Assembly (NCBI GenBank): GCA_963789985.1
Contig: CAWBNA010000019.1
Location: 400,464-464,463, forward strand
Direction: 5' to 3'
DNA length: 64,000 nt
From: an uncultured Bacteroidales bacterium
GTDB lineage: Bacteria; Bacteroidota; Bacteroidia; Bacteroidales; VadinHA17
The position numbers and the translations under genes were made by a program. Below are positions 37,530 through 45,905 of this stretch, one piece after another. Each line of letters begins with the position of its first letter. The first letter of the stretch is position 1. The notes under the pieces were generated by a model, which saw nothing but the letters and a program-made list of their open reading frames with translations, had not been told where the DNA came from and did not search any database.

Positions 37530-38593
37530 TTCCCTCTGATTTTATCAAAGTGACCCAGCGCTCCTGTCGGGCAGATATCCACGCATATATCAGCAGAAGC
37601 AGTCAGAATATCTTCAAAATCTTCCGTAAGAGGTTCAGATATCATCGAAACGAATCCCCTGTTTATGAAGCAGAGAGAAGGCTCATCCTTCTTATCGCCG
37701 CAAACCCGGACACATAGTCCGCATTTTATGCATTTGGCATTTTCAAATATAAGTCCGGTCTTCCGGCTGATCTTTTTAAAGACAGGGGCGCTGACAAATT
37801 TCCCCTTTGGATCGCTCAGTTCATATTTCCCTGCCAGTTCCCTCAGCCGGCAATTCTCGGCAGCCCTGCAGTCGCAATGCATGCAGCTTCCGGCTTCAGA
37901 GGCTGCGGACGAAAAGCTGTTTATCTCCCTGTGACGGATTATATTGTCTTTACACTCCTTCAGCCACTCCCTCTGCTCGCTTTCATCAAGACGTCCGATC
38001 CGTGAAGAAAACTTTTTACGCACATCTGCGGGCACATGATATTTTGAAATTCTGTTTCCATCGTCAGGATTTATATTTCGGTAAAGAAACATCCTGATAT
38101 TCCTGATTGAAACCGGAGAGTCAATTTTCTTCCTCCGGCAGGCATTTTCGCAGAAAGCCCGGCAATTAACACACTTAAGCTCATTTCCATTAATTTCTGA
38201 ATGAAGAAGCTCAGCAGCATCGTCTGTCCTGCCTGCAATCAGCAATCTGTTCATCAATGGTATATTATAACCCTCCGGACATACAATCCTGCATTGCGCC
38301 TCGCATTCAGCCCTGTGTTCCGAAAGAAGGAGCATAACTGCCTTCTTTCTCATGCTGATCACTTCTTCCCCCGAAGCGTCAATATCCATCCCCTCCTGGA
38401 CAAGAGCCGAGCACGATGGAATAAAGCTGTTTTTTCCCCTGTCTTTCACCATGCAGACCATGCAGGAGGAATAATGTGGCAAACCATCGTGGTGGCAAAG
38501 AACAGGAATCTCTATTCCCGCCTTCACTGCCGAATTGAGTATTGTCTGACCTTCTTCTGCCTCAATCCCGATATTATCTATCCTTATCTTCAT
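37526..38593 (-). CDS. 2Fe-2S/4Fe-4S iron-sulfur protein resembling the N-terminal ferredoxin part of HydA/NuoG, without a catalytic domain
   Basis: 355 aa. N-terminal plant-type 2Fe-2S fold (EIPVLCHHDGLPHYSSCMVCMV), His/Cys cluster EHRAECEAQCRIVCP, then CVNCRAFCENAC, CMHCDCRAAENC and CIKCGLCVRVC. No H-cluster or molybdopterin motifs. Confidence 0.7.
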   Translation of the reverse strand: MKIRIDNIGIEAEEGQTILNSAVKAGIEIPVLCHHDGLPHYSSCMVCMVKDRGKNSFIPSCSALVQEGMDIDASGEEVISMRKKAVMLLLSEHRAECEAQCRIVCPEGYNIPLMNRLLIAGRTDDAAELLHSEINGNELKCVNCRAFCENACRRKKIDSPVSIRNIRMFLYRNINPDDGNRISKYHVPADVRKKFSSRIGRLDESEQREWLKECKDNIIRHREINSFSSAASEAGSCMHCDCRAAENCRLRELAGKYELSDPKGKFVSAPVFKKISRKTGLIFENAKCIKCGLCVRVCGDKKDEPSLCFINRGFVSMISEPLTEDFEDILTASADICVDICPTGALGHFDKIRGK

Positions 38594-41009
38594 CTTTAAA
38601 ATTCACTGTTTCAACAGCTTTTTCCGGACATACCACCCTGCAGTTGTAGCATTTTGTGCAGAGATCCTGATCGATCTCATGCTTCTCATATGGTCTGAAT
38701 GCGATTGCATTAACCGGGCATTCCTGGGAGCATTTTGTACATCCGGTGCATTTATCTGTAATTCTGTATCTTATAAGGTCCCTGCATCTCTTTGCAGGAC
38801 ACACTCCTCCAGCGTGGGCTTCATACTCCTCCCTGAAGTATTTCAACCCTGTAAGAACCGGATTGGGCGCTGTTTTCCCAAGTCCGCACAGACTGCCGTT
38901 CTTTACCTGTATGCAAAGCCGTTCAAGATCATCAATTTCACCGGGCATTGCCTTTCCCTGACTGAGCCGTGTCACTATGTCAAGCATCAGCTTTGTCCCG
39001 ACCCTGCAGAAGGTGCATTTTCCGCAAGACTGTTTATGAGTAAACTCAAGGAAGTACTTTGCCATGTCGACCATGCAGTCAGTATCATCGAGAACCACCA
39101 TGCCACCTGAGCCCATCATGGCGCCCATTCTTGTAAGCTCTTCATAATCGACAGGAGTGTCAGAGAGCGCTGAAGGGATACATCCTCCCGAAGGGCCTCC
39201 TATCTGCACTGCTTTAAATGACCTTCCGGGAGCAACTCCGCAGCCTGTCTTTTCAACTATATCTTTTATTGTCGTACCCATAGGCACCTCAATGAGTCCT
39301 CCTTTCAACACTTTGCCTGCCAGGGCGAATACTTTTGTGCCCTTGCTTTTTTCTGTACCGATTGCACTGAAAGCCTTTGCTCCGTTATTAATAATCCACG
39401 GCACAAGTGCAAGCGTTTCAACATTATTTACAAGAGTCGGGTGATCTTTATAGCCCTTAACGGCAGGGTAGGGAGGCCTCAGATGCGGAGTTCCCCTTTT
39501 TCCTTCAAGTGAGGCAATAAGTGCCGTCTCCTCACCGCATACAAAGGCGCCTGCTCCCTCAAAAACCTCGATATCAAAAGAAAATCCTGAACCAAGTATG
39601 TCCATTCCTGTAACCCTTTTTTCCAGGCATAATCTGAGTGCATTCCTGATCCTTGAAACTGCAAGGGGATATTCGGCTCTTATATAGAAAATGCCTTTGC
39701 CGGCACCGGTGGCATATCCGGCAATAAGCATTCCTTCAATTACCCTGAATGGAAATGATTCCAGAATCATCCTGTCCATAAAAGCTCCCGGGTCGCCTTC
39801 GTCACCATTACAGACAACATATTTCGGTTTACCTTCAGATCCGGATGATATTTCCCATTTCCTGCCGGTTGGAAATCCGGCACCGCCACGGCCCCTTAAG
39901 CCGCTTTCTTTTATTGACTCAATTACCGACGTGCGGGATAAATCAAGCACCTTCTTCAATGCTTTGAATCCGTCCAGAAGCTCATATTCAACGAATGAAT
40001 CAGGCGACATAATGCCGCTGTTAAGTGTTGCAATATGTATCTGAGCGCTAAGGAAATTATTTAAATTTTGTTCCCTGACCCCTTCCGGCAGATTCACGGG
40101 ACTGTAAAGCATGTCATCCGACAGGAAAGTGTCGGCAAAATTATTCAGTCTGAACTGAAATCTTTTGCTCAAAGATGCCGGCTTTAAATGTTTAAGCAAT
40201 ATCTCTTCAACCTGGTCCTTTCTGACATTTGTATATCTTGAAACGCCATTGTGCGGGTCAACAATCTCAAGAAGCGGAGTCTGACTGCAAACGCCGACGC
40301 ATCCAACCGGTTTAACCCTGATGTTCAGATCATAATATTCCCTGATATCATTAAGCGTTGCCAGTATCTCCCTGCTTCCTCCGGCAACACAACATGATCC
40401 AAGACCTATACGTACTTCAGCATCAAAATCATCCCTGCCGTCGTGTTTTATTTCTTCCTGATGTTTGGCATGCGTACTAAGGAAATTATTTACGATCTCA
40501 TTGACCTGTGTTGGTTTTACATGTCCGTAAGTCTTTCCGTCGATCTGAACCACGGGTGCAAGAGTGCAGCAGCCCAGACATGCCACTTCCTCAATTGAGA
40601 AAAGATTATCAGGTGAACTGTTACGTTCACCGGTGATCCCCAGATCTCTTTTAAAAGCTTCTGATATAAGCTGAGAACCCTTTACGTGGCATGCTGTACC
40701 GGCACATATTTTTATTGTATGAAGTCCTGATGGAATGTGTCTGAACTGGGAATAGAAAGTGGAAACTCCCGATATCTGACCAGGCGTGACTTCAGAAATC
40801 CTGCATATATGCTTCAGGGCTTCCGAAGGCAGGTAATTAAGTCTTTTCTGGACTTCCTGCAGCATCAGGATCACTTTGTCGCTGCATGTGCCTGTCTCCT
40901 TAATAACAGACTCCACAACTGACCTGATTTCATCGTCAGTAAGAACGTCACTGCCACAAGTGCAGGTTTTAATATCTTTTTTTTCTTTTTTCAAATAGCT
41001 GAAATGCAA
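38574..41009 (-). CDS. NuoE + thioredoxin-like 2Fe-2S + NuoF + 2x[4Fe-4S] fusion flavoprotein (HndABC/HydB-like NAD(P)H module)
   Basis: 811 aa. NuoE-like CAGTACHVKG...ACLGCCTLAP, a second 2Fe-2S-like GLGSCCVAGG...GCVGVCSQTP, NuoF motifs GRGGAGFPTGRKW, VVCNGDEGDPGAFMDR and SCGKCTFCR, and C-terminal CTGCTKCSQECP and CTKCYNCRVVCP. Confidence 0.85.
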   Translation of the reverse strand: MHFSYLKKEKKDIKTCTCGSDVLTDDEIRSVVESVIKETGTCSDKVILMLQEVQKRLNYLPSEALKHICRISEVTPGQISGVSTFYSQFRHIPSGLHTIKICAGTACHVKGSQLISEAFKRDLGITGERNSSPDNLFSIEEVACLGCCTLAPVVQIDGKTYGHVKPTQVNEIVNNFLSTHAKHQEEIKHDGRDDFDAEVRIGLGSCCVAGGSREILATLNDIREYYDLNIRVKPVGCVGVCSQTPLLEIVDPHNGVSRYTNVRKDQVEEILLKHLKPASLSKRFQFRLNNFADTFLSDDMLYSPVNLPEGVREQNLNNFLSAQIHIATLNSGIMSPDSFVEYELLDGFKALKKVLDLSRTSVIESIKESGLRGRGGAGFPTGRKWEISSGSEGKPKYVVCNGDEGDPGAFMDRMILESFPFRVIEGMLIAGYATGAGKGIFYIRAEYPLAVSRIRNALRLCLEKRVTGMDILGSGFSFDIEVFEGAGAFVCGEETALIASLEGKRGTPHLRPPYPAVKGYKDHPTLVNNVETLALVPWIINNGAKAFSAIGTEKSKGTKVFALAGKVLKGGLIEVPMGTTIKDIVEKTGCGVAPGRSFKAVQIGGPSGGCIPSALSDTPVDYEELTRMGAMMGSGGMVVLDDTDCMVDMAKYFLEFTHKQSCGKCTFCRVGTKLMLDIVTRLSQGKAMPGEIDDLERLCIQVKNGSLCGLGKTAPNPVLTGLKYFREEYEAHAGGVCPAKRCRDLIRYRITDKCTGCTKCSQECPVNAIAFRPYEKHEIDQDLCTKCYNCRVVCPEKAVETVNFKDEDKDR

Positions 41010-42712
41010 TAAAGGTTATTTCTTCCTCTTATATAAATGTTCTTGTCCGAAAAGGCAGGAGTACAGTCAGCGGGCTCACCTAAAGGAGATTCAGATACAA
41101 GTTTGAATTCAGGCCCTGCATTTACAATATGCATCACACCGCTTCGGTCGAGCATCCACACTTTATTATCTGCAATAACAGGCGATGCATAAAACTGATC
41201 CGTAAAGTAGTGTGTCCAGAGTGTATCGCCCTTCTGTGAATTATAACAAGCCACATCCCCGGTGCCCGTGCAAAGGAACAGGTAATTGTCGGTTGCAACC
41301 GGACTGGAAACATCTGGTGTGAAAGTATTATCCTGCCATACTATTGAAGGACCAGGACCGGGTTTTACTGCTGCCAGGCGTGAATAATCAGTAACTGCAT
41401 AAACCAGGCTGCTGTTGACCGCAAGAGATGGGGCAACATCCCCTGTCAGTACCTCTATCGACCAGAGAGCTTTACCGGTACGCGGATCAAATGAAGTGAC
41501 TTCAGGATTACCGTTAATAATCACCTGCGGCACCCCATTGAAATTTGCCAGCACAGGCGATGCCCAGGTCGCTTTTCCACTCCTTGGCGTTTCCCATTTC
41601 AATTCCCCTGAGTCTGTATCAAAGCCCATCATTGAAATCTTTTCAGTAGCATCGAATTTGACAATCAGTAATCCTTCAAAAATTACAAGTGAACAGGAAT
41701 ACCCATAAGCGTTTTTCGGAATCCCTATGTTTTTTGCCCATTTTTTATTCCCGTCCATACTTAAGCATATCAGGTTTCCGTTCGCAAAGATGGCGCATAT
41801 GGATTTTCCGTCTGTGGCGGCTGAAGGTACAGCAATGCCTGCATCGCTGCTGGTTTCCGGAGGCACTGAAGGCTCTCCCGTGATGCCTGAGGCGGACGAA
41901 CTCCATTCTATCTTTCCTGAATTTTTATCTATGCAATAGACCTCACATGATTTACCATCCGAGCCTGTCACGAAAAGTTTGTCGCCCCATATAACCGGGG
42001 AGCTTTTACCATTTTTGGGAATCTGAATCTTCCATTTGATGTTTTTGCCATTTTCACCGTTCCATTCGGTAGGGAACCCTGAACCTCCCGCGATTGCCCT
42101 GCCGTCCTGGCCTCTGAAAAACGGATAGTTTACAGGATCAGGTTTGTAGGTGTCGGCTTTTGAAGCAAGATTTTTCTTTTTTCCTGTTTTCTTCTCAATC
42201 TTTTCTTCAGCTCTTACCGTGTTTCTGCCTGAAAGGTCGGGAAGGTTGTTCCTCAGAACAAACGAGGTGATTATGCCACCTACGGTCAGTACAGCTACTG
42301 ATCCTGCCAGATATCTTGCATATTTTGCATTTGTATTCACCTGGTCCTGATGCTCACCCGGAACTGATGGAATTGTCCTTTCACTTCCTGCAATTATTCT
42401 CTGACATAAAATAAAGATTGCAGCTCCGGCCAGCAACAGGTACGAACCGGTTTCAACCTGCCGCCTTGATGAAAAGTATGCCTTCCTTGCCATAAGGTCG
42501 AGCGCTCTTATCTGTTCAGCCCTGGCAGTATTTTCAACATCCTTGTCATATTCTTCTTTAATAGTTACAATTGCCTGATTATCCAGCGGATCCATGGTTT
42601 TTAACTGAATCAGACTGTAAAACATAGTTAAGGCAACGACCAGTGTAAATACACCTGCACCTATACTGATTCCTCTGATTGTCTTAATATCTTCTTCGTC
42701 AGGCTTTTTCAT
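40991..42712 (-). CDS. membrane-anchored PQQ/BamB-like beta-propeller protein (paralog P3)
   Basis: 573 aa with three predicted N-terminal TM helices, then NYPFFRG and propeller blades (SGKIEWSS, SGELKWET, TGKALWSI, KGDTLWTH). Overlaps both neighbouring genes. Confidence 0.75.
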   Translation of the reverse strand: MKKPDEEDIKTIRGISIGAGVFTLVVALTMFYSLIQLKTMDPLDNQAIVTIKEEYDKDVENTARAEQIRALDLMARKAYFSSRRQVETGSYLLLAGAAIFILCQRIIAGSERTIPSVPGEHQDQVNTNAKYARYLAGSVAVLTVGGIITSFVLRNNLPDLSGRNTVRAEEKIEKKTGKKKNLASKADTYKPDPVNYPFFRGQDGRAIAGGSGFPTEWNGENGKNIKWKIQIPKNGKSSPVIWGDKLFVTGSDGKSCEVYCIDKNSGKIEWSSSASGITGEPSVPPETSSDAGIAVPSAATDGKSICAIFANGNLICLSMDGNKKWAKNIGIPKNAYGYSCSLVIFEGLLIVKFDATEKISMMGFDTDSGELKWETPRSGKATWASPVLANFNGVPQVIINGNPEVTSFDPRTGKALWSIEVLTGDVAPSLAVNSSLVYAVTDYSRLAAVKPGPGPSIVWQDNTFTPDVSSPVATDNYLFLCTGTGDVACYNSQKGDTLWTHYFTDQFYASPVIADNKVWMLDRSGVMHIVNAGPEFKLVSESPLGEPADCTPAFSDKNIYIRGRNNLYCISAI

Positions 42713-43985
42713 CAGCAGTATTATTATTTATGTGCACCGGGCAATACCGGAAACATCGTCCGCAACTGTAGCATTTGCCTTTATGCGGCACATAACCGGT
42801 TCTCCTTGACCTGGTGGTAAGAGAAACGAGGCTGAGTCCGAACGAAAGTCCGAGGAAAAGCCCGACCCATAAAGATCCGTTCCTGAACCGTCCGGCTATT
42901 TTCAGCTCTTCTTCAAACAATTCCTTTTCGGTCTTTCCTGCTTCCCTGAAAGCCACAGCGGCCTTTGAAACAGCGGGAATGCCTTTTTCCTTTTCTGCCC
43001 TGATCTCCCTTGCCAGCTGAACTTTGCTGTTAAGCCCTGAAAGGGCAGGAGCGAGGTTCCTGAACAGGATTGCTCCTCCGGCAGCGAACAGAGGTATAAA
43101 CAGGATATATATGATAAATCTCCTTCTTTCCATGCGAGGTTCTCCGGAAGGACGGGAAACGTCGGATGGTAATATTGCATCATAAGGGCATACATCTTCA
43201 CAGAGACGGCAGTTTGTACATTCTGCGGGAGTAATTGTAAGATGCCTTGAAGAGAACCGTGAAAATATATTAAGAAGGACACCGTACGGACAGAAGTATC
43301 TGCAATACGGCCTGTTTATGAATATGCCTGCCACAAGCAGCAATGAGCCGAATATTATCATTGTATAAGGCGCATCGAGGCGGAAAATACCCACAAAAGG
43401 ATCGTACCTGCAGATCAGAAACTGGCTCCCGGTAGCTGCCGAAAGCACAGACAGACCAAGATAGACAAACGGGACAGAGATCATTACCGATTCGACAGCT
43501 TTGGGCAGCTTCACAGGACGAAAGCCTGTAAGCTCCTGGATTGCACCGAACGGACAAACCCCGGCACAGAAGACCCTGCCGAATGCCAGAGCAAATATTA
43601 ATGGTATGATAAAAAACAAAAGCGCAGTAAGCGGAATGGCATAATTCTTATTGAACAGCGCAAGGGCGACATTCTGGAGTGATCCGACTGAACAGATACA
43701 TCCTTCCCTGTAAAACCCGAAATATGCGAGCGAGAATACAGAAAGCCAGACAATCCCTTCCCTTGAACGTTTTTTCAGCGCTAACCATGATGCAAGCGAT
43801 AACGCGCCAACGAGAACTGCCAGGTCGATATAATTCCACACCGGGGATCTCTGGAGAGGCAGCTGGTGGTCGGGATAGACATAGCCTGACTCAAATTCCG
43901 GACGCGGAAACCGGTCCTGCGCCACGAGGACTGCATGCCATCCGATCAGCAGGAAAATCAAAATATATGGTAGTTTTTTCTTCAC
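42699..43985 (-). CDS. NapH/MauN-type integral membrane 4Fe-4S protein
   Basis: 428 aa. Two CX3CP motifs (GRVFCAGVCPFG, RPYCRYFCPYG), two ferredoxin motifs (CTNCRLCEDVCP, CYSCGRCFRYCP) and multiple TM helices. Confidence 0.8.
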   Translation of the reverse strand: MKKKLPYILIFLLIGWHAVLVAQDRFPRPEFESGYVYPDHQLPLQRSPVWNYIDLAVLVGALSLASWLALKKRSREGIVWLSVFSLAYFGFYREGCICSVGSLQNVALALFNKNYAIPLTALLFFIIPLIFALAFGRVFCAGVCPFGAIQELTGFRPVKLPKAVESVMISVPFVYLGLSVLSAATGSQFLICRYDPFVGIFRLDAPYTMIIFGSLLLVAGIFINRPYCRYFCPYGVLLNIFSRFSSRHLTITPAECTNCRLCEDVCPYDAILPSDVSRPSGEPRMERRRFIIYILFIPLFAAGGAILFRNLAPALSGLNSKVQLAREIRAEKEKGIPAVSKAAVAFREAGKTEKELFEEELKIAGRFRNGSLWVGLFLGLSFGLSLVSLTTRSRRTGYVPHKGKCYSCGRCFRYCPVHINNNTADEKA

Positions 43986-43994
43986 TCTGTTTTT

Positions 43995-44148
43995 TAATTA
44001 ACCCACCCCTGACCCCTTCAGGGAGGGGAACTTTATGATAATGCTTTTGCTTTTTACTTTTGCCTTTTGTCTTTTGTCTTTAATTAACCCACCCCTGACC
44101 CCTCCCAGGAGGGGATCATCAGGTTTTTACTTTTATCTTTTGTCTTTA
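43995..44148. repeat. composite intergenic element, two tandem copies (TTAATTAACCCACCCCT + GC hairpin + CTTTTG-periodic T-rich tract)
   Basis: Copy 1 is 43995-44080 and copy 2 is 44081-44148. Both begin TTAATTAACCCACCCCTGACCCC and end in (C)TTTTG repeats. Confidence 0.9.
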
Positions 44149-44696
44149 GGCAAATACTGCATCTTATATGGCACCCTGGATATAGCTTCTGACGGGCAGT
44201 TCCTTGCTATCGCGCATTCATTGCAACGAACACAAAGACCCTGGTTTATCTGCAGATAAAGAGATCCGTTGCCGAAATCATTGCATCCCTTGACACATTT
44301 TCCGCATGCGTCGCACAGCTTCTCATTTATTGTATATTCAAAATAGGGTTCTTCCACAAATTTCCTTGTTATAGCTCCCGTGGGACACATCTGGTTTTCG
44401 GCCCCGGTACTGATAGTCGTAACGCCCTGCCTTAGGAATCCGCCGCACAGATCGCAGTATCCGCACATCACAAAAGCGTGGACACACTTTACAGCTGATG
44501 GTGTCAGCACACACTTTGTCTTACATTGCCCGCACTGCGTACACTTATGAGGATCGATCTGCCATACATTTCCTGACGCAGATACTTTCCCCGACAGGAA
44601 TATTGGTACTGCTATGACAGGAGCTGCGATAAGAATCCTTCCTGCATTGCGTACAAAATCCCGTCGTGACTGATATTTGTTTTTATCTTCCTTCAT
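44133..44696 (-). CDS. Tat-exported polyferredoxin (NapG-like)
   Basis: 187 aa with twin-arginine signal SRRDFVRNAG followed by a hydrophobic stretch. Cys clusters CTQCGQCKTKC, CGYCDLCGG, CDACGKCVKGC and CVRCNECAIARNCP. Confidence 0.8.
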   Translation of the reverse strand: MKEDKNKYQSRRDFVRNAGRILIAAPVIAVPIFLSGKVSASGNVWQIDPHKCTQCGQCKTKCVLTPSAVKCVHAFVMCGYCDLCGGFLRQGVTTISTGAENQMCPTGAITRKFVEEPYFEYTINEKLCDACGKCVKGCNDFGNGSLYLQINQGLCVRCNECAIARNCPSEAISRVPYKMQYLPKDKR

Positions 44697-44708
44697 AGAG
44701 AAATCAGT

Positions 44709-44909
44709 TTAATACTTGCTGCAGTCAATTCTCCCTCTGCAAATGCCATTACCAGGACATGTCGAACAGTCTTTCGTCGCAACAACCCTGTTGCCAAGAA
44801 AATATGCAACAAATGCCAGCAAACCCAGCAATCCGGCCTGAACCGATTTTACAATGAAGCTTTTTCTGTCGATCTGCATAGGATTAATTTTAAAATTATT
44901 TTTTCCCAT
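44709..44909 (-). CDS. small single-TM protein with C-terminal 4-Cys motif
   Basis: 66 aa with a possible Tat-like RK motif (DRKSFIVKS), a TM (AGLLGLLAFVAYFL) and the tail CSTCPGNGICRGRIDCSKY. It sits 12 nt upstream of the Tat ferredoxin gene. Confidence 0.45.
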   Translation of the reverse strand: MGKNNFKINPMQIDRKSFIVKSVQAGLLGLLAFVAYFLGNRVVATKDCSTCPGNGICRGRIDCSKY

Positions 44910-44987
44910 TTCTTGCCATAGTTTTCAGAAATCCAAATCCTTTTAGGTTAAAATGCACAATTTGAAAAGTCTCTGATGCGAGTGTGT

Positions 44988-45905
44988 TCATAATTTTCTT
45001 TTAAATAAATAAAGTGTCGAATCAGCGCTGTTTATGGCATAAATTGTTTTGCCATCAGCTGAAGCGACATCCAGCGGTACGGAAGGAACAAAATTATTAT
45101 TTGACGAAACGAATTCAATAAATTCTCCTTCAGGCCCCAGGATTTTTATCCTGTTCAAACCTTTCTCTGCAGTCACAATACCCTGCGGTATAAGTGCAAA
45201 ATGCGCAGGATTGCAGCAACCGCAGAACTTGCCCGGCGCTGTTCCCGGTTCACCGAATTCGGCAATCTTTTTCCCGTCCGTCGTCCATTTCTCGATCCTG
45301 TGATTCCCTGTATTTGCAATGAAAAGAGTCGAACCGGAAAGAGCGACATCAAAATAAGGGCTGGGTATCAGGAATTTCTCATCAGACTGTCCTATCATGG
45401 TCTTCAGTTCCCCGTTCTTTTTCAGCAAGAAGACCTTTTTGCTTCCTGCATCAGCAAATGCAATAACATCTTTCCCGGCCGTAACGGAAGTAATGAGGCT
45501 ATTATCTTCATATGGTCCCCATTCGGCAATTAATTTTCCTCCTGTTGAAGCAAGCAGAATCGTTCCGGCAGTCGAGGCGAAGATTGTATCGCCTGAAACA
45601 GCAAGTGATGTAATCTTCGAATCTGTTTTAAGGTTCCATTTTTCACTAAGGTCAGTGTTGAGCGACCTTATAAATGAATTGCCTGCCAGAAAAACAGTTC
45701 CATCGTCTGAAACAGCTACAGAAGAAGTTTTTCCTCCCGTCAAATCTATTTTTCTGACAACTTCCCATCTGTCATAATAAGAAGTTTCCTGTGAAGCTGC
45801 TTGTTCACTTTTTTTGATTTTTATATTTGATGCATCATAAATGATATATCCCATAAATGCCAGGATAATCAATAATGCAAGGAAAGCTGTAAGTTTCTTA
45901 TTCAT
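44988..45905 (-). CDS. NHL-repeat six-bladed beta-propeller protein, N-terminally anchored
   Basis: Start moved to ATG 45905 (MNKKLTAFLALLIIL), giving an ATGA overlap with the upstream gene. NHL-like repeats (LFIANTGNHRIEKW, AEKGLNRIKILGPEG). Unusual Cys cluster KFCGCCNP. Confidence 0.7.
   Translation of the reverse strand: MNKKLTAFLALLIILAFMGYIIYDASNIKIKKSEQAASQETSYYDRWEVVRKIDLTGGKTSSVAVSDDGTVFLAGNSFIRSLNTDLSEKWNLKTDSKITSLAVSGDTIFASTAGTILLASTGGKLIAEWGPYEDNSLITSVTAGKDVIAFADAGSKKVFLLKKNGELKTMIGQSDEKFLIPSPYFDVALSGSTLFIANTGNHRIEKWTTDGKKIAEFGEPGTAPGKFCGCCNPAHFALIPQGIVTAEKGLNRIKILGPEGEFIEFVSSNNNFVPSVPLDVASADGKTIYAINSADSTLYLFKRKL

Noticed and set aside
37526-41009. Calling the NuoEF-fusion plus 2Fe-2S protein an [FeFe]-hydrogenase or formate dehydrogenase.
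   Set aside because: The 355-aa partner lacks H-cluster motifs (TSCCP, MPCxxK, ExMACxxGC) and any molybdopterin domain. Only the ferredoxin-like N-terminal part is present.
43679-44259. Track ORFs 43679-44038(+) and 44035-44259(+), with peptides such as INPPLTPSGRGTL and FAFCLLSLINPPLTPPRRGSS.
   Set aside because: They are translations of the tandem composite repeat and of the antisense strand of the neighbouring genes. The repeated peptide simply mirrors the repeated DNA.
42699-44696. Interpreting the NapG-like/NapH-like pair as part of a periplasmic nitrate reductase (nap) or nitrous-oxide reductase (nos) operon.
   Set aside because: No NapA/NapB/NapC, NosZ/NosD/NosL or any molybdopterin or CxxCH heme protein is present in the window. 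Only the electron-transfer pair is similar.
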